A DNA stretch of 64,000 nucleotides from a bacterium (lineage in GTDB: Bacteria > Patescibacteriota > Minisyncoccia > UBA6257 > JAUSGH01): assembly GCA_030649055.1 (NCBI GenBank), contig JAUSGH010000007.1, positions 1,854-65,853 of the forward strand, written 5' to 3'. The notes beneath the pieces were generated by a model. The model was not told the origin of the DNA. It saw nothing but the letters and a program-made list of their open reading frames with translations, and did no database searches. The position numbers and the translations under genes were made by a program. Position 1 is the first letter of the stretch, and each line of letters opens with the position of its first letter. Below are positions 48,142 to 55,927 of the stretch, piece by piece.

Positions 48142-49419
48142 CTATCTCACCTTTCCCGGCTTTTTGGAGTCCAAAAACTTCTTGAACGTGGCCTTCACGT
48201 AGCTGAGCATCTTTGGCGTGATGCATTGGTGCGCGCCGATGACAAACGAGTCGCGCATGATCTTATCCGCGTTCGCGAGTGTCCCGACAATGCGCCGCGG
48301 CGTGTCTTTGTATCCCGGCTGGCGCAAGATGTTTCCCGCGAACAAAAGACGTGTCTGGATATTTGCCGCCTCAAGATAACTCACCAGCTCAAGACGCGTA
48401 AACGGAACATTGTCCTTGAGCGTCAGCGGAAACGCGAGCCATGCCACCTTCGCCTTCGGATGCTCTTTCGGCAAAATAAAGTAGTCCTCGTACCCGCTGA
48501 AAAAGTTGTAGAGCCCGTCAAACACCGCGCGACGCATACCGATAAACTTATTCAGTTTCTTGAGCTGCACCAACCCGAACGCGAACATCATCTCCACGGG
48601 CTTTAAGTTGTGGCCCATGTGCGTGTAGGTGAACTTGCGGTCATAAGATATACCGGTCAACTCCGTCGTGAAACGCTCGCTGATATCCTCGTTATTATCC
48701 AGCGCCGCTCTTCCCCATTCGCGGAACGCATACGCAGTCCGCCAAAACTCCGGTTTTGACATGCAAAGAATTCCGCCGCCTCCGCCCGCGGTCGTGATGT
48801 GCGAGGCGTAAAAACTGGAGGTCGTCATGTCGCTATAGGCGCCGGTCGGCTTTCCGTTGAATGTCCCGCCAATGGTGTCACAGCTGTCCTCAACAAGATA
48901 CAGGTTATGTTTTTTACAGAACGCGCTCAGCACTTCCATATCATTCAAATTGCCGAGCGTGTGCGGAATCATCACCGCGCGCGTCTTGGGCGAAAGCATC
49001 TTCTCCAAATTTTTGAGGTCAAGATTGTAACTACCAATCTCTGAGTCCCCGACCACCGGCATGCATCCGGCGAGCAATATCGCGCTATAGGTTGTGGGGA
49101 AAGTACAGGCCGGAGTAATCACCTCGCTTCCTTCAGGCAAGCCCAGCACTTTAAACGCAAGATAATCCGCCGAAGAACCGGAATTGACCACCAATCCGTG
49201 CGTGTGCCCAAAAATGCCCGAAACTTTTTGTTCAAACTCCGCGACATATTTTCCCATCCCCAGCCACCCTTCTTCTAAGCACTTCACAACGGCGTTAATC
49301 TCCTCTTTGCCGTACGACGCCTGCGCGTAATACACCTTGTCCTTTCCGGGTTGAAAAGTTTTTTTCATATTAAAAATGCCGTAATACTGCTTCGCCGCGG
49401 ATTTTTTAGAGGGTTTCAT
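48142..49419 (-). CDS. NDP-4-keto-6-deoxyhexose 3-dehydratase (RfbH/DdhC/ColD-like)
   Basis: VNSGSSA, FPTT, HTLGN, EDSCD, FYASH (His, no PLP Lys), TRLLFAGN; alternative start 49368. Confidence 0.82.
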   Translation of the reverse strand: MKPSKKSAAKQYYGIFNMKKTFQPGKDKVYYAQASYGKEEINAVVKCLEEGWLGMGKYVAEFEQKVSGIFGHTHGLVVNSGSSADYLAFKVLGLPEGSEVITPACTFPTTYSAILLAGCMPVVGDSEIGSYNLDLKNLEKMLSPKTRAVMIPHTLGNLNDMEVLSAFCKKHNLYLVEDSCDTIGGTFNGKPTGAYSDMTTSSFYASHITTAGGGGGILCMSKPEFWRTAYAFREWGRAALDNNEDISERFTTELTGISYDRKFTYTHMGHNLKPVEMMFAFGLVQLKKLNKFIGMRRAVFDGLYNFFSGYEDYFILPKEHPKAKVAWLAFPLTLKDNVPFTRLELVSYLEAANIQTRLLFAGNILRQPGYKDTPRRIVGTLANADKIMRDSFVIGAHQCITPKMLSYVKATFKKFLDSKKPGKVR

Positions 49420-49507
49420 ATTGTTGAATTATAGAATAACAATATAACAAAAGACAAGGCGGACGGGTCACACGTCGCCACCATCAATAAGGATAAGTCA
49501 CCGTACT

Positions 49508-49695
49508 CATTTTTTGCAGCATATTGGAGCGATGCGTGAAATTCCCGAGTAAAGAAATCACGAAGTCGGAACAATGGCGCTGTATGAATCCCGAAGTCCG
49601 CCTAAGGCGGGCGGAGGTTGAGTTCGCCTTGTTCCGTCACCTTCGCGATTTTTTACGAGGAGAATTTCCGCAAGCGGAAATCGTTGCAAAAAATG
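49508..49695. repeat. ~190-bp nested hairpin element (MITE or structured RNA)
   Basis: Outer IR cattttttgcagc / gttgcaaaaaatg; inner long imperfect stem 49538-49668. Confidence 0.55.
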
Positions 49696-49706
49696 GGCGC
49701 GGTGAC

Positions 49707-50639
49707 CTATCCGGACAACTTCTTGTATGCCTCGATAACCCGCGACAATCCCGTTTTATAATCTATCTTCGCCTTCCATCCCAACGCATTGATTTTGGAA
49801 GTGTCGGCGATAAAGTTACCAACGCCCACCGCGCGGTGAAACGCCGGCGGTTCCATTTGCACAAGCTTAGAACGCCGTCCGGTATACTCCAACACATAGT
49901 CCATCATTGTCCTAAACTTCACCGGCGAACCATATCCGATCAAAAACGTGTCGTTCTTGGCATGTGACTCCAGAAATCGCAGGGCGTCAATAACATCATT
50001 CACATAAATATAGTCGCGGTAAAAACTTCCGTCGCCATACATGGTCACCTCCTCGCCCTTCACCGCGCTCATAATAAGAAAACTCAAGGCGCCCTTCTTC
50101 TTTTGCGTAAAATCCTCCCCTTCGGCATACACATTCGTGAGACGCGTAATGAGGTACGGGATGTCGTACAGCCGCGCGTAGAGCTTGATAATGCTTTCGG
50201 CGCAAAGTTTTGTCGCGGGGTAGAGCGCCCGCGGGTCCGTCGCGCTTTCTTCGTTCACGGGTTTGCCCCCGCTTTTATCGCACGTGTTACCGTACACAAA
50301 AAACGTGGAGGGATAGATGACGAGCGGTTTTTTTGCCATATCCTTCACCAGCTCCAGCAGCCGAATGGTCCCTTTGAGGTTGGTGTCAACGTCAATATAC
50401 GGGTTATCAAGCACATGATAATTGTGCACCGTGCTCGCGCAGTGATAGATGACGTCCGCACTGTCTATGTCCGCGGCTTCAAGCGCGTTGAGGTCTTTCA
50501 ACACAATCCGCGCATCTTTTCGCGTCAGCCGATCTTTAGGGGCGCCGGCGCGGTCAATCACGGTCACATCCCCCTCCACGCTATTTGCAAGCAATGAGCC
50601 GATAAGCCCGAGCCCTCCGGTTATAACGTATTGCTTCAT
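49707..50639 (-). CDS. NAD-dependent epimerase/dehydratase
   Basis: TGGLGLIG, YPATK, RLTNVY, RDYIYVND. Confidence 0.85.
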   Translation of the reverse strand: MKQYVITGGLGLIGSLLANSVEGDVTVIDRAGAPKDRLTRKDARIVLKDLNALEAADIDSADVIYHCASTVHNYHVLDNPYIDVDTNLKGTIRLLELVKDMAKKPLVIYPSTFFVYGNTCDKSGGKPVNEESATDPRALYPATKLCAESIIKLYARLYDIPYLITRLTNVYAEGEDFTQKKKGALSFLIMSAVKGEEVTMYGDGSFYRDYIYVNDVIDALRFLESHAKNDTFLIGYGSPVKFRTMMDYVLEYTGRRSKLVQMEPPAFHRAVGVGNFIADTSKINALGWKAKIDYKTGLSRVIEAYKKLSG

Positions 50640-50668
50640 TGCTCTATTGCTTAATTGCTTTATTGCCT
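50628..50668 (-). repeat. 8-mer array giving both stop of GT2 and ATG of epimerase
   Basis: Minus strand: gcaataaa gcaattaa gcaaTAGa gcaATGaa gcaata. Confidence 0.8.
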
Positions 50669-51420
50669 TCCATTTCAAATATCGGAAACTTTTTTATGCC
50701 AAGCTTGTACAAAATATACTTCACCACCACGCGGAGCGAGTTTAATCCGTATTTCACGCTGCTTTTAAAATTCACCGATGACGCTTCCTTAAAGTACCGC
50801 GTGGGGATCGCCACCTCCGCAACGCGGAATTTGCCGATCCGCAACTGCGGAAATACCTCGGCGTCAAACATAAAGCCGTCGGAATTGTCGTTAAACGGAA
50901 TTGTCTCCAAAACTTTTCTGCTATACGCGCGGTACCCGGTGTGATATTCGGAGAGACCCAGCCGGAACACCGAATTCTCAACAAGCGAAAGGACGATATT
51001 GGGAATAAATTTCCAGATCGGCATTCCCCCTTTTAGGGCATTGCGCTTCACCGCCATACGCGAACCGAACGTCGCGTCCGCCCGGCCTTCGACAATCGGC
51101 CGAACCATTTCCGGAATAAGCGACGGGTCATACTGATAATCCGCGTGGAGCATCACCACAATATCGGCGCCATCCTTCAACGCCTCGTTGTAACACGTCT
51201 TTTGGTTTGCGCCGTACCCGCGATTCACCTCATGTACGATGGTCTTGATACCCAGCGATCGGGAAATCTCCGCGGTGCGGTCACCCCCACCATCGTCGCA
51301 CAAAATCACCTCATCCACCCAATCAAGAGGAATGGCGCGGTACGTTTTTTCAACGGTTTTCTCGGCGCGGTACGCGATCATACATACCACGACTTTTTTG
51401 CCATTTGCGAGGCGGGTCAT
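50644..51420 (-). CDS. DPM1-like GT2
   Basis: IAYRAEKT, NRGYGANQKTCY, HADYQY, HTGYRAYS. Confidence 0.9.
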   Translation of the reverse strand: MTRLANGKKVVVCMIAYRAEKTVEKTYRAIPLDWVDEVILCDDGGGDRTAEISRSLGIKTIVHEVNRGYGANQKTCYNEALKDGADIVVMLHADYQYDPSLIPEMVRPIVEGRADATFGSRMAVKRNALKGGMPIWKFIPNIVLSLVENSVFRLGLSEYHTGYRAYSRKVLETIPFNDNSDGFMFDAEVFPQLRIGKFRVAEVAIPTRYFKEASSVNFKSSVKYGLNSLRVVVKYILYKLGIKKFPIFEMEGNKAIKQ

Positions 51421-51423
51421 ATT

Positions 51424-52284
51424 CTAAATAGGCTTCCTTTTACCATCAATTTTTTTCTTCTCCATCCTCTCTAGTTGTTTCACCTCTTTCTTCACTTCTT
51501 TAATGTGTTTTTCTGTTGGCAGATACTCTGGCGTCGTCCCACCAATTTCCTTAATGGTCTGCCGGACTTTTCCGCCCACCATAAAATGTGTTTGGGCGGC
51601 CAAACTTTCTCCTTGTATGTTATCCTTTTTTAATTTCTCATCGGTTTGAGTAATACGAAACAAATTAGCCGCCAACTCGGTAGAACCAGCCCTATCTAAT
51701 AATTCTCCCTTGTTTATTCCCTTTCTACGTTCAATCTCCGATAATGGCATCCCATAAAGACCTCTATATCCAGCATCATTAAACAACCCGAACTTGCTCA
51801 CCCCAGCTTGCCTTGCCGTCTTGAAAAGTTTCTTGTTGTAGTCAGATACTTCGCTGCGAATGAATAATCTCTTTTCGGCATCGGGTAACTGTTCAAAAAC
51901 TTCCTGCCTTCTTGTCTGAATAGCAAAATAGGTCTGAGCCATCGCTATTTCGATTTTTTTAGGGTCTCCATTCTGAGCAATAAGATAGCAGGCGTAGCGA
52001 TCGAGTTTATAATTGACCACTTCTCGAACCGTATTTGAGCCAATATTGACCATTTTACTGAGCTTAGTAAAATGGTTATCCACATCCTGACCGCTGTTAA
52101 TACAAGCTCTAGCCGCTCTCGCAATCACATCCTCTGCATTTTGCCATTTTTCATAACCCAAAATAGGCAACAACTCCCGCGCATCCCAATACTCAACCCC
52201 ATTCTCGTCAACATTTTTGATGCCCTCAAAATCCTTATGAATGCTTGGCGGCGCTATTTCATTGGTCATAAGTTTATTTTGCAC
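51424..52284 (-). CDS. dinD: DNA damage-inducible protein D (BRO-N domain)
   Basis: EYWDAREL...LGY.KW, RYACYLIAQNGD..K..IA.AQTYFAIQTRRQE, ELAANLFRITQT. Confidence 0.9.
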   Translation of the reverse strand: MQNKLMTNEIAPPSIHKDFEGIKNVDENGVEYWDARELLPILGYEKWQNAEDVIARAARACINSGQDVDNHFTKLSKMVNIGSNTVREVVNYKLDRYACYLIAQNGDPKKIEIAMAQTYFAIQTRRQEVFEQLPDAEKRLFIRSEVSDYNKKLFKTARQAGVSKFGLFNDAGYRGLYGMPLSEIERRKGINKGELLDRAGSTELAANLFRITQTDEKLKKDNIQGESLAAQTHFMVGGKVRQTIKEIGGTTPEYLPTEKHIKEVKKEVKQLERMEKKKIDGKRKPI

Positions 52285-52308
52285 ATTAAAAAGAAAATTT
52301 GCAATGTA

Positions 52309-52346
52309 TAAAAGGATCGGCCGCGGAGAGATTCTCTCCGCGGCCG
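52309..52346 (-). terminator. Rho-independent terminator
   Basis: cggccgcggagag-att-ctctccgcggccg with A-tract on the left. Confidence 0.75.
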
Positions 52347-52354
52347 TACGCTAC

Positions 52355-52567
52355 TTACGTCACGATGACGAGCTCCTTCAGGATGGACTTGGCATCCCGC
52401 GAAGAGATGACGAGACGCTTGCCCTCGTCCTTCGCCTTCTTCGCTTCGTTGAGAAGCGCGATCGCCATCCGGAAGACTGCTGCCTTGGACTTCTTTCCGA
52501 ACGCTACGCGGAGCTCTTCGAGCAGAGCGTCCACCTTGTCATCCACCTGCATCGTAAACATCTTCAT
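52355..52567 (-). CDS. Small ribbon-helix-helix (CopG-like) protein
   Basis: MKMFTMQVDDKVDALLEELRVAFGKKSKAAVFRMAIALL; SD gaaggag upstream. Confidence 0.65.
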   Translation of the reverse strand: MKMFTMQVDDKVDALLEELRVAFGKKSKAAVFRMAIALLNEAKKAKDEGKRLVISSRDAKSILKELVIVT

Positions 52568-52635
52568 CGTATTCTCCTTCCAATACTGGCCCGGACAATA
52601 TCCGCCGCAACAAAGTGCTGCGAGCGGCCCCGTAG

Positions 52636-53160
52636 CTACAGGTTTCCCTTCACGCGCCGACTCTCCAACCGCCGCCTGAACCATCCGCGCAGCCCGAGGA
52701 TATCCAGGATCGGAAACGCGATGGTGAGGATGAGGTCCGCCACCGCGAGCGACGGCCTCGGGATTCCCCACGCAATGTGGTGCTTGACGCCCCGCTCGCG
52801 GCAGAGCCACCACACGCGCGGGAAATGAAGCCACGTAGAGATGACGACGAGCATCAACCGTTCACGTCTCGCCACATCCAACGCGTAGTCTAATTGCCCC
52901 ATGGTCTCGTACGCCTCGCGCACTACGACGAGATTGCTGATGCCAAGCTCCTCCGCCGCCGCAACGTAGATGTCCTCCTCGTGCCGCTCTCCGGCAACCT
53001 GGAGGTTGCTCAAGATAAGCACGGGTGCCTGTCCGTACCGTGGCTGGAGTCGCTTGGCCAGCACCATACTCCTGTACCAGTCCTGCCACGTCCTCGGCCC
53101 GACACGTCCTTTCGCGCAAGGCCCCTTGGTCAACGGAAGAAGAACAAAATTCTCTTTCAA
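52636..53160 (-). CDS. YdcF/DUF218-like protein (divergent)
   Basis: AYETMGQL and VVISTWLHFPRV resemble the S..T.EN / VT...H..RA motifs; C-terminal hydrophobic helix; SD aggaggt. Confidence 0.5.
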   Translation of the reverse strand: MKENFVLLPLTKGPCAKGRVGPRTWQDWYRSMVLAKRLQPRYGQAPVLILSNLQVAGERHEEDIYVAAAEELGISNLVVVREAYETMGQLDYALDVARRERLMLVVISTWLHFPRVWWLCRERGVKHHIAWGIPRPSLAVADLILTIAFPILDILGLRGWFRRRLESRRVKGNL

Positions 53161-53207
53161 CGCGCACCTCCTTTTGTTGGCTTGATTCCTCTACAAGTGC
53201 TGACAAG

Positions 53208-53236
53208 AGGATAGCATTTTAGAATAACGGGGTCAA
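53208..53236 (-). promoter_or_regulatory. Sigma70-type promoter
   Basis: TTGACC-17 bp-TATCCT. Confidence 0.6.
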
Positions 53237-53256
53237 CATCTTTGCCATATGACATC

Positions 53257-53300
53257 AAAATGAAACGGACCGTACACCTCCGAAGAGATGTACGGTCCGT
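53257..53300 (-). terminator. Rho-independent terminator of Ubl operon
   Basis: acggaccgtacacctc-cgaa-gagatgtacggtccgt followed by U-rich tract on minus strand. Confidence 0.78.
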
Positions 53301-53322
53301 GCTGGTTCTGACTTCCGGCTCG

Positions 53323-53571
53323 CTATGAGCCCCGCGGGCGCTCCGACACGGCGACGACGGGCTTGTCCTTCGCCTCCAGCGCGTCCTTCGGACCCACGTG
53401 GGTCGTGAGCTTGGCCGGCTTGCCGTTCATCGTGAGGTCCATGTTCTTCACGTCGATCCCCGCGGCCTCGCACACCTCCGCGACAGAGGCGCCGCTCTCC
53501 TCGACCTCGACGTCCTTCGTGGTGCTCTTGCCTTGCGTCGGTACCACCTTCACTTTGATCTTCATCGTCAT
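53323..53571 (-). CDS. Ubiquitin-like (beta-grasp) protein
   Basis: ~80 aa with beta-beta-alpha-beta pattern: KIKVKVV..KDVEV..GASVAEVC..LTMNGKPA...VVAVSERPRGS; strong SD; directly after ThiF. Confidence 0.72.
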   Translation of the reverse strand: MTMKIKVKVVPTQGKSTTKDVEVEESGASVAEVCEAAGIDVKNMDLTMNGKPAKLTTHVGPKDALEAKDKPVVAVSERPRGS

Positions 53572-53636
53572 CTCCTTCCGATAATGAAACGGAACTACCG
53601 GTCTCCGATGCGTTTCCTCCTTTCATTCTCACAGAC

Positions 53637-54299
53637 CTAGTCAATCATCTCCATGACGCCGGTCAGCGCCTTGTGATGGCGCTTCTTCTTTCCATGCTGC
53701 CACCAATATACCAGATCCGCGGCAACTGCGGAAGCAGCACTCATTGATGCGTACACGATGCCATGTCTCCCGCACATCGGATGCGCGGTTTCCTTGGTCG
53801 TATACGCAAGATGATGTTCGTAGTACGCAATGTCGTCCGGATCGCACGGAGCGATAGCAAAAACCCAGACGAGCTCCTCGGCAGTCCGCGTGTCGATCAA
53901 AATGTCCACCCTGGGTTGCATCTTGACGTTACGCCAAACCGCCTGCCGAGCTTCCATGGTATCCACACAGCACACCACTGCGTCGCGCAGCGGCTCGTTC
54001 TCGTAGAACTGCCGACGGGCATCAATGACGACACCCGACGCTTCCAGAACGATGTCGCGCAACGCTTCCACCTTCGGCCGGCCAAGGTCACACGGCCGGT
54101 AGACGGACATCGGAATGTTGTGCGATTCAACGTAGTCGTCGTCGATGACCGTGAGTTTCGTTACTCCCATCTTGGCCAAGGTGACGGCAACGTATCCGCC
54201 GACGGCACCCGCGCCGATGATGGTTACGCTTCTCGCAGTCATCGCGTTGAAGAGGTTGTGCTGTCCCGAGAGATTCATCGTCGGTTCTACCACGGTCAC
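53637..54299 (-). CDS. ThiF/E1-like adenylyltransferase
   Basis: IIGAGAVG, DDDYVESHN, DLGRPKVEAL, CCVDTMEAR, LIDTR, candidate catalytic Cys in HPMCG. Confidence 0.9.
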   Translation of the reverse strand: MTVVEPTMNLSGQHNLFNAMTARSVTIIGAGAVGGYVAVTLAKMGVTKLTVIDDDYVESHNIPMSVYRPCDLGRPKVEALRDIVLEASGVVIDARRQFYENEPLRDAVVCCVDTMEARQAVWRNVKMQPRVDILIDTRTAEELVWVFAIAPCDPDDIAYYEHHLAYTTKETAHPMCGRHGIVYASMSAASAVAADLVYWWQHGKKKRHHKALTGVMEMID

Positions 54300-55771
54300 C
54301 TCCTTTCGTCAGGTTCGGCCAGCCACTCCTCCAACGGATGCAGTGTGGTCTCCGGCGTATAGGTGTTAAGCCAACGCATGACGACGAGCGCCGCCTCCGC
54401 GAAACGGAACTCACTCATGTACTTCGCGATGGCAACCGTCGCATTTCCGAAGCAAGCCAAACTAATCCGGCTGACGTGCGGATGATGGTGCCCAAGCGAA
54501 TGCCTCGGCGCCTCGCTCCACACTCCGATCTTGCCGTTCGGGTCCAGACGGATCGTAAACGGTCCCAGATTGTACCGGCGGCCGTTGTCTTCCAGGATGA
54601 TGTCCGTGGTCACAATGTGCACGCCACTATCGACAATGCGCACTGCCGCCACGCCATCCATCTTCGTAATCTCGTCAAGTTCCATCGGAAGACGCTTGTG
54701 CAAGCCACGGACGAATTCCGAATCCTGCATCGTCTTCACGCGGAGGGTGAACAGCTGTTGTTTGCGCGACTCATCCGCCAATTTATCCTCCGCGTCCTGA
54801 ATATCGGCGGACGTCACCTGCATCGCCTCGAGAAGAACAGCAAGCACCTTCTGATCGTGCAGCTTGTCTGCCAGCTCGTTTTCCTCGCTCCGAATCAAGG
54901 CATTAATGCGTTCCAGCGTTGTCTGAAGCTCTCCCAGAATCGCAGCGGCTTGGATAATGACAAACCCCGAAAAGTCCTCGGCGTTCGTCTCCACGATCGG
55001 TTCCGTTTTTCTGTCGGACGCTTTCACGAGATCACGATACATGCAGCCGAGCAGCTTGCGGAAGATCGTCTCACGCGCCGCCTCGCCGTGAAAAGCGGTA
55101 TGCGTAAGACAGAGCTGATAATAGTTGGATCCGAGCACCTGGAAGATTGGGGTTACGCCATCAATGATGAGCCGTCCCCGTCCGCGAGTAGGCATGTTCA
55201 CAAGACGCGTCTGCCCGTCCTCCCACACCTGAACTCCGAAAAGCGTTTCCACCACCATGCCGGAATTGTAAACACCGGGCGGACGGGCCTGGCAGAAGAG
55301 ATGCACCGTTCCAGCTTTCTCCGAGAACGGCGGGTTGCTAATGGTGGTACTGTAACAGTAGACGAAGTGCAGACCGGCAAAACGCGAGAGCGCCTCCACC
55401 TGCCGCATGTCGGACTCCACCATCGGCTTCGCTTGGATGAACCCGCCGGACGTAGGTGTTTCGTCCACGTTGAGCAGCTCGGCATTCGGCTCTTTTGCCA
55501 CGAGCAACGCGAATGATGCGACATCAATCTCGCAGGATTCGAGCACCAACTCACGTCCCTGCTCGCGGCCGCGCCGCTGCAACATCTCCACCGCTTCGTT
55601 GCTGGCCGCCTCACCGGTGAAGGTGAGAAGGTCCACGATGATGTCAAAGTCATTGGAAACCACCGTCACGCGCTTCGTCGCAGTAGCCGTCGGCAGCTCA
55701 ACCCCGAGCCACCGCATGATGAGCACCGGCACCGCGAAGGCGTACCCGGATTCAAACAGTGGGCTTGTCAT
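54296..55771 (-). CDS. Coiled-coil protein with C-terminal E2/UBC-like domain
   Basis: LGPFTIRL...HHHPHV.....ACFGN...helix...LNTY...W resembles the E2 HPN..C signature; central heptad-rich region; translationally coupled to E1. Confidence 0.62.
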   Translation of the reverse strand: MTSPLFESGYAFAVPVLIMRWLGVELPTATATKRVTVVSNDFDIIVDLLTFTGEAASNEAVEMLQRRGREQGRELVLESCEIDVASFALLVAKEPNAELLNVDETPTSGGFIQAKPMVESDMRQVEALSRFAGLHFVYCYSTTISNPPFSEKAGTVHLFCQARPPGVYNSGMVVETLFGVQVWEDGQTRLVNMPTRGRGRLIIDGVTPIFQVLGSNYYQLCLTHTAFHGEAARETIFRKLLGCMYRDLVKASDRKTEPIVETNAEDFSGFVIIQAAAILGELQTTLERINALIRSEENELADKLHDQKVLAVLLEAMQVTSADIQDAEDKLADESRKQQLFTLRVKTMQDSEFVRGLHKRLPMELDEITKMDGVAAVRIVDSGVHIVTTDIILEDNGRRYNLGPFTIRLDPNGKIGVWSEAPRHSLGHHHPHVSRISLACFGNATVAIAKYMSEFRFAEAALVVMRWLNTYTPETTLHPLEEWLAEPDERR

Positions 55772-55839
55772 TTCAAACTCTCCTTCATGTCAAAGGGCTG
55801 TTTCATCGCCGCGAGTACACCTCGCACGATGCTGGCTAA

Positions 55840-55868
55840 ATAATAATGAAATAAAAGGCGGGCGTCAA
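55840..55868 (-). promoter_or_regulatory. Sigma70-type promoter of Ubl operon
   Basis: TTGACG-17 bp-TATTAT; downstream gccctttgaca (boxA-like) and SD aaggag. Confidence 0.62.
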
Positions 55869-55927
55869 GCCGCTGCAGAGTTGCTCGCACCTTCGCCATT
55901 CACACGATATTCGTTATACTGAAAGCG

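Noticed and set aside
52355-52834. 159-aa version of the RHH ORF
   Set aside because: The extension overlaps the upstream gene; a strong SD supports the start at 52567
53323-54299. ThiS/ThiF or MoaD/MoeB cofactor biosynthesis
   Set aside because: No thiG/moaE nearby, the Ubl lacks a terminal GG, the E1 lacks the CxxC zinc motifs, and it is coupled to an E2-like gene
54338-55516. 392-aa plus-strand ORF and other long antisense ORFs (e.g. 39373..40344, 20014..20730, 37178..37822)
   Set aside because: They are shadows of well-supported genes on the opposite strand, with no motifs or start signals
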